Source of the DNA: Octopus bimaculoides
Lineage: Eukaryota
NCBI RefSeq assembly: GCF_001194135.2
Contig: NC_068981.1
Span: 58,740,139-58,775,834 of the forward strand
Direction: 5' to 3'
DNA: 35,696 nucleotides
The position numbers and the translations under genes are program-made. Below the pieces are notes generated by a model. That model saw only the letters and a list, made by a program, of their open reading frames with translations, did not search any database and was not told the DNA's origin. This document shows, in pieces, positions 23,236 to 34,560 of this stretch. How positions within the stretch are numbered: position 1 is the stretch's first letter; each line of letters opens with the position of its first letter.

Positions 23236-24121
23236 NNNNNNNNNNNNNNNNNNNNNNNNNNNNNNNNNNNNNNNNNNNNNNNNNNNNNNNNNNNNNNNNN
23301 NNNNNNNNNNNNNNNNNNNNNNNNNNNNNNNNNNNNNNNNNNNNNNNNNNNNNNNNNNNNNNNNNNNNNNNNNNNNNNNNNNNNNNNNNNNNNNNNNNNN
23401 NNNNNNNNNNNNNNNNNNNNNNNNNNNNNNNNNNNNNNNNNNNNNNNNNNNNNNNNNNNNNNNNNNNNNNNNNNNNNNNNNNNNNNNNNNNNNNNNNNNN
23501 NNNNNNNNNNNNNNNNNNNNNNNNNNNNNNNNNNNNNNNNNNNNNNNNNNNNNNNNNNNNNNNNNNNNNNNNNNNNNNNNNNNNNNNNNNNNNNNNNNNN
23601 NNNNNNNNNNNNNNNNNNNNNNNNNNNNNNNNNNNNNNNNNNNNNNNNNNNNNNNNNNNNNNNNNNNNNNNNNNNNNNNNNNNNNNNNNNNNNNNNNNNN
23701 NNNNNNNNNNNNNNNNNNNNNNNNNNNNNNNNNNNNNNNNNNNNNNNNNNNNNNNNNNNNNNNNNNNNNNNNNNNNNNNNNNNNNNNNNNNNNNNNNNNN
23801 NNNNNNNNNNNNNNNNNNNNNNNNNNNNNNNNNNNNNNNNNNNNNNNNNNNNNNNNNNNNNNNNNNNNNNNNNNNNNNNNNNNNNNNNNNNNNNNNNATA
23901 TATATATATATATATATACATACACATATATACGACGGGCTTCTTTCAGTTTCCGTCTACCAAGGCTTTAGTCGGCCCGAGGCTATAGTAGAAGACACTT
24001 GCCCAAGGTGCCACGCAGTGGGACTGAACCCGGAACCATGTGGTTGGTAAGCAAGCTACTTACCACACAGCCACTCCTACGCCTATCTAATGAACCTTAT
24101 TTTTTTTCACAGATTCATTGT

Positions 24122-25207
24122 AATGCTTGAAAGGGACGGTTCTTGGATGTATGGATCAAGGATCAAGCTCAACATAATATACCAATAAACACGATGGTAA
24201 TTAAAAAAGCCAGAAATTTGTATCACGATTTTCTGAAAAATGAAGGTGAGACTGAATGAAAAATCTTTTCTGGCTGGTAAAGGCTAGTTTGAAAGCTTTA
24301 AGAAGAACTTGAATTTGCACAACATAAAATTGACTGGTGAAGTTGCTAATGTTAATATAAAGGCTGTTATTAATTATCCTGAGCAACTGAAAAGATGATT
24401 ACTGGATGGATTACACACAAGAGCAAGTAAACAATCTTTATATAACTGCTCGTTTCTTGCAGCTCATGTCTGGCAGAACTGTTATTTCTCAAGAAGAAAA
24501 ATCAACGCCAGGGTTTAAAGATTCTAAAAATCGTCCAACGTTTCTTCTGGAAATAAATACCACTGGTGATATGAAGATGAAGCCCCTTCTTGTGTATCAC
24601 TTTCATGGGTTATACAAAATTTAATTTGTTTCTTATTTGGTGTTCAAATAAGAAGGCATGGATTACAAAAAAGCCTTTTCGAAGATTAGTTTACAAACAT
24701 TTTTGTTTGTTGTCGAAAGGTACAGTGCCAGACACAATATTTTGAACAACGCATTTCTATCCAGTGAAGGACTTCAATACCTACAAACTTATCCATTACA
24801 TTCTTGGTGACCTGGCATCTACCACACATCATATTAAACTGTTACACTTGCAAATGATGCAAAGGTTTCAAGAAATCATAGACGATGATATAGTCCACTT
24901 TCTCGTGTTCCACAGAGAAAGTTTATTTAACGAGCAACTGATGCTGGTAGAACAAGAGTAGGCTGAGAATACGGATAAGAATACGAAAATTCCACCAATT
25001 CCACTTAAATTAACTACAAAGAATATTATCAAAGGGTTGGTACTAGTAGAAGATTTGTAAGTTTTTATTGATAACTTTAACTGTGAATGTAACACAAGAA
25101 TTACAAAAATAGTTTACATTGAAGTCAGTTCCTACACTGAGCTGATCAAAGAGATGAACAATAAACATAAATACCAAACAGTTTTTGATGGGTTCTTTGC
25201 ACCTTAA
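24122..25207 (+). pseudogene. Tigger/TIGD1-like transposase pseudogene
   Basis: LDVWIKDQAQHNIPINTMVIK, FLAGKG*FESFKKNLNLHNIKLTGEVAN, YTQEQV, RTVISQEEKSTPGFKDSKNRPTFLLEINTTGDMKMKPLLVY: CENP-B HTH plus DDE_1 motifs of the Tigger1/TIGD1 type. An N-terminal HTH-like remnant (GEKMCHIVKALKL) lies at about 22825-22910, before the SINE insertion. Confidence 0.8.
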
Positions 25208-25562
25208 GTAGATATTGATGATGATGAACTGTAAGACAGAAAATAGTGTCTCTCATCCTCACAATAATCTTTATTCCATCTCTACTCCTTACATTTTTAT
25301 GATAAGAACGTACCCTGTTACGATTCTTATTTATTTCCTAACGTATTTCTTTCGAAATCCGTTCTTTAATATATATTTTGAAATTGTTATTTCCATGCAT
25401 AAAAGTAGAAGTGCTGCTTCCCCCCACCCCACCGAAAATATTCTTCTGTACACATTTTATTTTATAATATGAAAATTAATGAGAAAATTTCGCGTTACAA
25501 GATTATATTTTTAGGTACGCATTACTCCTGTGACTTGGTGGATTCCTCAAGTTGGCAACGTG

Positions 25563-26033
25563 TGTAATAACGGAGTAAACTCTCGAACTTTTAACTTTTT
25601 GCATATTTATTGCCGGACATGATTTATAGCTTTGGCTGTTTATCAAAGAAAGACGCTGACAATATAACCGCCGACTGGGAGGAGAGAACTGCACTGTTCG
25701 TAGAAGGCTAGTTGTGGCACATCGTGTGTGAGTGTCCGAAGTCGTTTCTTGCTCAAGGTGGTCTCTCCGAATGCCCGAGGCGGACTAGTCTTAGCAGTCT
25801 GCCTTCAGTGAGTGTCCAAAGCAGTCTACTCGAATGCTCGAGGTCGTCTGGCTAAGTTAGACACCAAATGGTTTTTATAGGGTGAAAAAGGGGTGAATTT
25901 TAAGTCATCCAAGAAACCATATCACGCAACGGCTTCACGCTGATTGATCGATTTATAGATCAACCACGTGAAACTGGTGGCTCACTCGTAATCCCTAACC
26001 GAAAATCTTGCGGTTGGGGTTCGAATACCTACA
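25563..26033 (-). mobile_element. Possible solo LTR
   Basis: TG...CA ends, CpG-rich relative to flanks, minus-strand TATAAAAA (about 25872-25879) upstream of AATAAA (about 25605). No clean TSD. Confidence 0.35.
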
Positions 26034-27562
26034 CTATGTTATATTGCTTTCCCCTCACTTTGTAATCGTTTTCAGTTAACCTTTTTATACTCCCTGCATT
26101 AAATATATTAGCGCTGACATAGATATTGTAATACTTACCACGAACATCTATCTAAATATGTCAAACAAAAACTGACACATGAAAACAGAGCTTGTTTACA
26201 TATCTTTTAAACAAAATTTGCATCATTGCATAATGTGAATGTAAATGTCAATAAGCACTGAAAGATAGAGATAGACAGACAGACAGACAGACAAAGAGCA
26301 AGCGACATTTTTTTCGCCTTTGTTACCTTTTACAATTGCAGATACTTGTTTTAAAAATAAATGCATACTTGAATTTACTGTTTTGTTCTAGTTTATTCAT
26401 CACTAAAAATGAAATGAAATAGAAAAAAGTTCAATGAAATATGATACTACAATATAATTTAAATTATTGTAAATATTTTATACAATGATGACTTGCTTAT
26501 CTATCTATTCTTAATGTATTCCGACAGATTCGAACGTGAATATGCTAACAGCTGTTGTATTTTGTCATAGAACTGCTTTTCCTTTAAGACGAACGCGTTT
26601 GTAACACACTCGATTTATTAGTGTAAGGGGATTCAAGGGAATCCGGTGTTTCGATATCGTTGGGTCTCGTCGACTAAAAGTAAGCTACATTGATGAATTT
26701 AACAAGAATTCAGGGCTCTTGTTTATAACTTCAGCAAAAAGTTATTTGTTGATACATGTTGATATCAGCCAAGTGATAATAAATCGCCACATGAATGTGA
26801 ACAACGAGAATCAAAACGATGACCTGCATATTTATTCTTGATCTATTTTGGTAAATTCGAACGTGAATATGCTAATCACTGTTGTGTTTGTCATAGGAGA
26901 ACAATATAGCAAAATATATAAGAAACAAATTCCTTTTCGTTGTCTCATATATATATATATATATATATATACATATGTGTGTGTGTAGATAAAATCCGGG
27001 CTACTTATGCTTCATAGCGAGTGGAATCTTGGAAGTGGTAAATATCCAAGCGAGGTGTATACCGCAGTCCAATCTTCATCCCAAGGGTATCTTGATTAAG
27101 AGAAGTTTACATTGTCGTTAGGAGGCCCATGTTAACACATCGAGGATTCGATCAGAATGCGTAGAGAGCACAGTTTTAGTGGAGTATATAATTGTAAAGA
27201 GAAATTAGGAATATAAGAAAAGTTAAAAGGACAAAAAAATATACAAGGGAGTGAATGAGTTGCAAGTAAAGAATTTAAGCAAGGTAATTACACTGATGGT
27301 TTTTCAATAGGGCCATTTTGGCCGAGTCAGAGAGAGAGAGAGAGAAAGATAGAAATAAAGAGTGGTACTTGAATAGGATAGTATGGAGGGAAGGGGGGGA
27401 GTATTTGTGATCGATAAGAAGAAAAATGTATGCTTAAAGAGATGGTATAGTAGCAAAACTGAAAGTATAGAGAGGAGGAAGAACGGTAGTAATTATTAAA
27501 ATCTAAGAACTAAGGAATGTATATTGTTGAGCGTGCGCGTGTGTACTGTAAAAGCTAGTAGA

Positions 27563-28477
27563 TGTCGTGGTAAAATGTCATTGATATATATATGGCGGAC
27601 ATGACTTTTGTTTATTCATAACGAACATTGGGTGAGTGCGTTCTTTGTATGTAATTGAACAATAAATGTAATAATTAAACTGTATAACTCGTTATGTTAT
27701 CTCTGCGAGTCAGTCCGAGGGAAACATAACAGAGTTTCGGACATGACTTTTGTTTATTCATAACGAACATTGGGTGAGTGCGTTCTTTGTATGTAATTGA
27801 ACAATAAANNNNNNNNNNNNNNNNNNNNNNNNNNNNNNNNNNNNNNNNNNNNNNNNNNNNNNNNNNNNNNNNNNNNNNNNNNNNNNNNNNNNNNNNNNNN
27901 NNNNNNNNNNNNNNNNNNNNNNNNNNNNNNNNNNNNNNNNNNNNNNNNNNNNNNNNNNNNNNNNNNNNNNNNNNNNNNNNNNNNNNNNNNNNNNNNNNNN
28001 NNNNNNNNNNNNNNNNNNNNNNNNNNNNNNNNNNNNNNNNNNNNNNNNNNNNNNNNNNNNNNNNNNNNNNNNNNNNNNNNNNNNNNNNNNNNNNNNNNNN
28101 NNNNNNNNNNNNNNNNNNNNNNNNNNNNNNNNNNNNNNNNNNNNNNNNNNNNNNNNNNNNNNNNNNNNATTCCACCATTTACTGCATTTGATTCAGCGAC
28201 AGAACTATGGCCTGATTACTGGTCAAGATTCCGTACGTTTGTGGCTGCTAATGCTGTACCTGAAAAACGCATGGCACAAGTGTTCCTGACCAATCAGACT
28301 GCTACTGTTTACAAACAACTTGCTAATCTGGCTACCCAACAAAATCCGCCATATATATATCAATGACATTTTACCACGACAGTCCCACAAGACAACAACA
28401 ATGAAACAATGAACTCAGACGAACCACATGACACACGGAACGTCAGACGAATTACATATCTAACAGTCCATATAACA
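27563..28477. mobile_element. Rearranged Ty3/Gypsy LTR retrotransposon unit
   Basis: TG...CA ends, 5-bp flanks gtaga (27558-27562 and 28478-28482), LTR-like TATA/AATAAA segment, gag fragment, perfect 37-bp inverted repeat. Confidence 0.7.
28169..28350 (+). pseudogene. Gypsy (K02A2.6-like) Gag N-terminal fragment
   Basis: IPPFTAFDSATELWPDYWSRFRTFVAANAVPEKRMAQVFLTNQTATVYKQLANLATQQNPP. Confidence 0.8.
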
Positions 28478-29313
28478 GTAGAGGTGTATGTACTTGTAAG
28501 TTTACAAAGGGGTGGGGGATAGGTGCGAATTAAGAAAATTTTTAGGGTAGAAAGAGTAAGGAAAGATAAAAATAAGAAAGATATAAAATAAGAAGTGAGG
28601 AGTTATAGGGAATATATTGGCGGTTAAAGATTTGGTGATTGCGAAGGTAAATAAAGAGGAATGTTTATGAGGGCAAGGGTAAGTTAGGGAATGACGCGGT
28701 GGGGGTTGTTATTTGTATTCTTAGAATAGGTTACATTACCTGTGTCTACATGTAAAAATTATGTTATCACGTTCATTTAGACAATCAGTAGATTGCATAA
28801 TAGACAAGACTTCGGCTATGCAAAGCTCGCACTTGTTATGGCCGGTATGTGGTTTAGCATGGGTAAGTATGGATCAATTTAAAGTGTGAGAAATTGCTTC
28901 GTTCTTGAGTTTATGGATAACCTGAGATAAAGACGTACTGTTGGATTTTGTTTGGAACTTGAAGCTGGAGTAGTGGTTGTCCACTCTAGCTTTGAAGGTA
29001 GTGCTGCACGAGTCGATATATATATATATATATATATGATTAAAGTTGGTAGCTGATACTGTGCATTTGTAAACGATACTTTTAGTAAGACAGCGATTAT
29101 TTAAAGGGCAGGAGGTTGGGTGTCTGAAGCTGCAAAGTTTCATAGGGAGTGTTGTGGATGAATTTGTGGGGTAATTGCTATTTAGTGAAGGTCCGGTGTT
29201 AGGTTCATCATCACTGGTGACGTTAAAATTGGTATTTATTAGGGGGTTGAGGAAGACGTTGGGGGCTTGTATATCATGATAGTTTTCATGTCCGATGATA
29301 TCGTCTATATAGT
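28478..29313 (-). mobile_element. Penelope-like retroelement 3' part with GIY-YIG endonuclease (about 28743-29143); probably continues at about 26990-27562
   Basis: CPLNNRCLTKSIVYKCTV...YIDSCSTTFKARVDNHYSSF...TSLSQVIHKLK...CELCIAE...LNERDNIIFTCRH; the same purine-skewed tract lies on both sides of the Gypsy insertion. Confidence 0.8.
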
Positions 29314-29992
29314 NNNNNNNNNNNNNNNNNNNNNNNNNNNNNNNNNNNNNNNNNNNNNNNNNNNNNNNNNNNNNNNNNNNNNNNNNNNNNNNNNNNNNNN
29401 NNNNNNNNNNNNNNNNNNNNNNNNNNNNNNNNNNNNNNNNNNNNNNNNNNNNNNNNNNNNNNNNNNNNNNNNNNNNNNNNNNNNNNNNNNNNNNNNNNNN
29501 NNNNNNNNNNNNNNNNNNNNNNNNNNNNNNNNNNNNNNNNNNNNNNNNNNNNNNNNNNNNNNNNNNNNNNNNNNNNNNNNNNNNNNNNNNNNNNNNNNNN
29601 NNNNNNNNNNNNNNNNNNNNNNNNNNNNNNNNNNNNNNNNNNNNNNNNNNNNNNNNNNNNNNNNNNNNNNNNNNNNNNNNNNNNNNNNNNNNNNNNNNNN
29701 NNNNNNNNNNNNNNNNNNNNNNNNNNNNNNNNNNNNNNNNNNNNNNNNNNNNNNNNNNNNNNNNNNNNNNNNNNNNNNNNNNNNNNNNNNNNNNNNNNNN
29801 NNNNNNNNNNNNNNNNNNNNNNNNNNNNNNNNNNNNNNNNNNNNNNNNNNNNNNNNNNNNNNNNNNNNNNNNNNNNNNNNNNNNNNNNNNNNNNNNNNNN
29901 NNNNNNNNNNNNNNNNNNNNNNNNNNNNNNNNNNNNNNNNNNNNNNNNNNNNNNNNNNNNNNNNNNNNNNNNNNNNNNNNCTTATATTTTCT

Positions 29993-30031
<39 letters not shown>

Positions 30032-30513
30032 TTAAGTTGGTCAAGTCTACACACGCCGCCACTCTTCTATCACAATAGGACTTTTAGCAGATGGGATTTT
30101 GACAATTGGGGTTACCATAAACAGACATCTATACGTCATTAGACTATAGCAATAAACGCTTGTGCAACAAGAGTACCACTCTCCGAGCCTCTGTGATTAG
30201 TGCCTTGTGACCAGTTGAATCGAGATGGCCAAAGGGGTCGAATGGGGGTCGGCGTGCGAAAGACCAGCTCACCCAGATGAACTGCTTGAAATACTTAGTC
30301 AGCGCCATGCTCCCCATCCCCATTGATGTTGTCAATTTCAATAAAAGATATTCCAGCAACATGATGCGTTTTTCACATTTTCTAACCGTGAAAACAATTT
30401 CATAAAAATAAAAAAATTGTAGCGAACTCTAGTGAGCTTCCTCTCTTATATTAAGTACATACGAACGTAGAAGGTAATAGCTAGCCTTTGGGCGCTGTTT
30501 TGGACTCCGTTGT

Positions 30514-31858
30514 AAAATTTTTATTATGATCACTACGGATCTAATTTACATAGATGATACAAAGACAAATACAAACAAATGTACAAAATGTATGAGTTCT
30601 TTTTTTAAAAATTTTTTACGATGTTTTTATAAAANNNNNNNNNNNNNNNNNNNNNNNNNNNNNNNNNNNNNNNNNNNNNNNNNNNNNNNNNNNNNNNNNN
30701 NNNNNNNNNNNNNNNNNNNNNNNNNNNNNNNNNNNNNNNNNNNNNNNNNNNNNNNNNNNNNNNNNNNNNNNNNNNNNNNNNNNNNNNNNNNNNNNNNNNN
30801 NNNNNNNNNNNNNNNNNNNNNNNNNNNNNNNNNNNNNNNNNNNNNNNNNNNNNNNNNNNNNNNNNNNNNNNNNNNNNNNNNNNNNNNNNNNNNNNNNNNN
30901 NNNNNNNNNNNNNNNNNNNNNNNNNNNNNNNNNNNNNNNNNNNNNNNNNNNNNNNNNNNNNNNNNNNNNNNNNNNNNNNNNNNNNNNNNNNNNNNNNNNN
31001 NNNNNNNNNNNNNNNNNNNNNNNNNNNNNNNNNNNNNNNNNNNNNNNNNNNNNNNNNNNNNNNNNNNNNNNNNNNNNNNNNNNNNNNNNNNNNNNNNNNN
31101 NNNNNNNNNNNNNNNNNNNNNNNNNNNNNNNNNNNNNNNNNNNNNNNNNNNNNNNNNNNNNNNNNNNNNNNNNNNNNNNNNNNNNNNNNNNNNNNNNNNN
31201 NNNNNNNNNNNNNNNNNNNNNNNNNNNNNNNNNNNNNNNNNNNNNNNNNNNNNNNNNNNNNNNNNNNNNNNNNNNNNNNNNNNNNNNNNNNNNNNNNNNN
31301 NNNNNNNNNNNNNNNNNNNNNNNNNNNNNNNNNNNNNNNNNNNNNNNNNNNNNNNNNNNNNNNNNNNNNNNNNNNNNNNNNNNNNNNNNNNNNNNNNNNN
31401 NNNNNNNNNNNNNNNNNNNNNNNNNNNNNNNNNNNNNNNNNNNNNNNNNNNNNNNNNNNNNNNNNNNNNNNNNNNNNNNNNNNNNNNNNNNNNNNNNNNN
31501 NNNNNNNNCAGAGATTTTTGGAAATTATCCAAGTACTCTGGCTTGAAGGTCTTACGAAACAGGTTGGTGAGTTGGTTCTCGTCGAACCCCAGAGCCCCTC
31601 CTAAGACGTCATCGTTTCCCTCCTCCACTAGCCGTCTGTAGAATACCGAGGTGGTATTCCCGCAGCCAGCCTTGCCCGTCTTGTGGATAGACCAGAGTGC
31701 CTGCCATAAAGTCAGATTACATCTTCTAATGAGACCGGGTTTAAATCGTTCCAGCGAGGCCGGTCGCGGCAAGAACTCCTCCGCCAACGGACTCCACACC
31801 TTATCACCCTTCAGGTGGCACCAGAGATGTCTCAGCCTCAACGCCTGTCTGCGCATCA
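30514..31858 (-). mobile_element. 5'-truncated L1/Tx1-like LINE with 16-bp TSD
   Basis: MRRQALRLRHLW...FYRRL...YLDNFQKSL (post-RT region of Tx1/L1-type ORF2); AATAAA near the 3' end; ttttggactccgttgt duplicated at 30498-30513 and 31859-31874. Confidence 0.8.
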
Positions 31859-31897
31859 TTTTGGACTCCGTTGTGTCTACCACTCCGGTTGGTTGAT

Positions 31898-32044
31898 ATT
31901 GGCGCAATTTGTCTCATACTCTATCATGCAACTCAACCAATCACAGCTTGCAAATAAGTCATGTGAGACAGTCTGTTCCAAACAAGCATTTGAGCCTACC
32001 CGTCAGCTATAAAAGCTCACCTCTTCCTAGGCTCGACGTCATTT
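31898..32044 (+). promoter_or_regulatory. Pol II core promoter-like cluster
   Basis: ATTGG 31898, CCAAT 31937, TTGCAAAT octamer-like 31948, TATAAAAG 32008-32015, Inr-like TCATTT 32039-32044. Confidence 0.5.
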
Positions 32045-32319
32045 GGTCCCAGACTTGGTTGTTGCAATAGGGTTTGTTCTAGAGCGACTTGTAATTACAC
32101 CGTAAGGTTTGTCTTTGAATTTGTTGCCTGCTCACAGGATTTGTTTATTTTATTTGCTGTCGTTTCCCGAAAGGGAAACATTGTTGAAAAATTTTTGTGC
32201 GATAAATATTGTGAAACTGTTGTGCATTACCGTTTTCGGTGAATTTGAACTGCGTTCCGTATCGGAACATTTGTAGAACAATTTTTGCTTTTTAAATATT
32301 TTTTGGAAAAAATATTAAT

Positions 32320-33264
32320 ATGTCTTCAATTGAAAAAAAAAAAAAAAATGCTGCCGTTGTCGGTGGAACGGAAAATATTGTGCTAAAAAAAGAGGATATA
32401 CAAGCTTATTTCGAGGTGATTTCCGAAGAAAACGGAGAGAATAAGATCACTCCCCGAAATGAAATAATCAACAAAACGAAAGAGAGGACCATAATATATA
32501 AAACTTATGATATTCAAAAAAAGAAATTTGAACATTTGGAAGAGAGTACAGTCGAGAAGTGCCTTGGGCTGGTAATTAACCAGATTAAATATCTGGTCCG
32601 AAGCATGAGATTTGCAACCATTGAAGCAAGGTTCGAGTCAGCAGAGAGGGCTTAAGAGCTTTCAACTCGAGCCTTGCAAAGTGGGANNNNNNNNNNNNNN
32701 NNNNNNNNNNNNNNNNNNNNNNNNNNNNNNNNNNNNNNNNNNNNNNNNNNNNNNNNNNNNNNNNNNNNNNNNNNNNNNNNNNNNNNNNNNNNNNNNNNNN
32801 NNNNNNNNNNTGTTATTTGAAAGAGAAGATAAGATAAATATAATCCAGATTTCCAAAGACGCCCCACAAAACTGGCGGGGTCAAACTCTGGAAATCCTGG
32901 CACAGGTCACAACCACAGACCTAGAAAATCTCCCCGAAACAATTCACATTCTAGCAGTACACGTAGAGGAGAGACGACCCAGGTGTTATAAGTGCGTGAA
33001 AAAAGGACACCTGAGGTCTAAGTGCCCCTCTACGAAAAAAGGACAACGAAGAGGAGGAGAAAAAAAGGAAAGGAGGCGCCCCCAGCCGAGGAGGCTGTTA
33101 GCCAGAAGGTGACCGCCACCAGTAAAGACAATACGGAGGGAAAGGAACCAGCAGAGACACCGTCTGAGGAAAACATGGATTTCCAGACGGTGTCGTGTAA
33201 AAGAACCCCACAAAAATGGAGTCGCCCACCAAAACTCAGGAGGCGGCTCCTAAAAATAAAATAG
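32320..33264 (+). pseudogene. LINE ORF1 (gag-like, CCHC zinc knuckle), disrupted
   Basis: MSSIEKKKK...; RPRCYKCVKKGHLRSKCP is CX2CX4HX4C; internal stop at 32653 and a later frameshift. Confidence 0.8.
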
Positions 33265-33670
33265 TAAAGAAACGAACAAGAAAAAAAAAGGAAACAAGGG
33301 AAAAAAATTAAAACTAGAAAGAACCGAAATCCCTGAGAAAACTGACACCACTATAGTGGTATATAAAGACAATAAAAAATAATTAGGAGTGGGGTTATCA
33401 AACCCCACCAACAAAGCTTAACGTGTGACAACAGAAGTCCAGTAGCAATCGGGAGAATTTCCCGAAAACTGTACACGGAGCTGAAAGGAAGAAACCCCAA
33501 AGACATTGCAGAACTAAATGAATTACCAAAAGTATTTAACCCGCTGGTGCAACCAAGCCTGGAAGAGAGGAAGGGGGAGGGGGAACAGATCTCAGTAGTA
33601 CTGAGAACAACCCCACTTGAAAGATGAAAGGGCAGGTAAGCTCTGCTTTCCTTCTTTTTCAGTTTATGAC

Positions 33671-34212
33671 ATGGCTACACTGTGTATAGGATGTTTGATT
33701 GTGCGTGACCTGAGCTCGAAGTGGAAGCAGGCTTGTTTCCTCGACGACCTCAGGTCACACAGAATAGATGTTATGGTTGCTACAGAGACCAAGTTGGACA
33801 AGCTGCAGGCCTTCTCAACTCTCTTGAATGGCTATGAGAAAATCATGTCTCCTTGTCGGACAGGGGGGAAGGGAGACGTTGTAGTTTTGCTCTGGAAAAA
33901 CTTGGCCCTGCAGACACGTACGATCTTTCTGGACCCAGAAGGCGAGTCTGACATTCAGAGGTAAGGCTTTCAGGTTGATTGGCATTTACGCGCCTGGCAC
34001 AACAGGCAAACGGAATGAGTTCTATTGACGCCTGGAGAACTTTCTTGTGACGTCAAAGACACTAGTTATGCTAGGAAACTTTAACGCTATTCTGGATGCA
34101 CGCCAGGATAGTGTAGGCTCGAATGATAGATGTAACTCACACCTCATCGATCTGCTGAAGCGATTTAGGTTGGCAGATCGATACAGACTTGATAATCCGT
34201 GCGTTCCAATGT
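33671..34212 (+). pseudogene. LINE ORF2 apurinic-like endonuclease domain, disrupted and truncated
   Basis: MATLCIGCLIVRDL (from NVRGL), VATETK, FRLIGIYAP, LVMLGNFNAILD (GDFN), LADRYRLDNP; frameshift at about 33945 and stops. Confidence 0.88.
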
Positions 34213-34560
34213 AGAAAATTTCACGAAAAAATATTAATTTTCCTGGAAGTTAAGAATTTAAGTGGACTCTGTTGGAATTTCCGAAAATTGTCCCCCACCC
34301 CCATTCCAAAACACTTTCACCGGATATATTCGGATTCTACATAGTAAATACTATATGCATAGAAAATTTCATTAAAAAATATTCATTTTTCTGAAAGTTA
34401 TGACCTCCCAAAGTCTGGGGGGTAAAACCCTGTAGTTATGCCGTCATCTTCAATAGAATTTCTTAATTTGTCGTACATGTTTATTATTTGAGTGCGCTTT
34501 GATTTAGATTTGTCTTATATTTCTAGCTGATCGAACGACCCGTTGTTGGTTCATATAGTA

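Larger units (their letters stand above)
22929..24084 (-). mobile_element. SINE family A interrupted by fold-back MITE copy 2 and a gap
   Basis: Tail cttttactcttttacttgtttcagtcatttg at 22929-22958; head after the gap with A box TGGCTGTGTGG (24063-24073) and B box GGTTCAGTCCC (24020-24030) on the minus strand. Confidence 0.85.
32041..34212 (+). mobile_element. L1/Tx1-like LINE, 5' part (5' UTR, ORF1, endonuclease); 3' part missing
   Basis: T-rich 5' UTR, ORF1 with CCHC knuckle, then APE-like endonuclease; the 5' boundary is inferred. Confidence 0.8.

Noticed and set aside
26990-27130. Hammerhead ribozyme in the Penelope 3' region
   Set aside because: No intact CTGANGA...GAAA core with pairing stems could be found by eye.
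27597-27807. CRISPR-like or satellite direct repeats
   Set aside because: Only two copies of about 70 bp, explained as a duplicated LTR segment next to a gap in a eukaryotic genome.
31898-32020. Histone H2A/H2B divergent promoter (cttatttgca on the minus strand)
   Set aside because: No histone ORF on either side, and the octamer-like spacing to the TATA boxes does not match; kept only as a generic promoter-like site.
34213-34440. Named transposon for the segment truncating the LINE (and for 35330-35696)
   Set aside because: It has internal direct repeats and a TE-like look, but no paired TIR or TSD could be established within the window.
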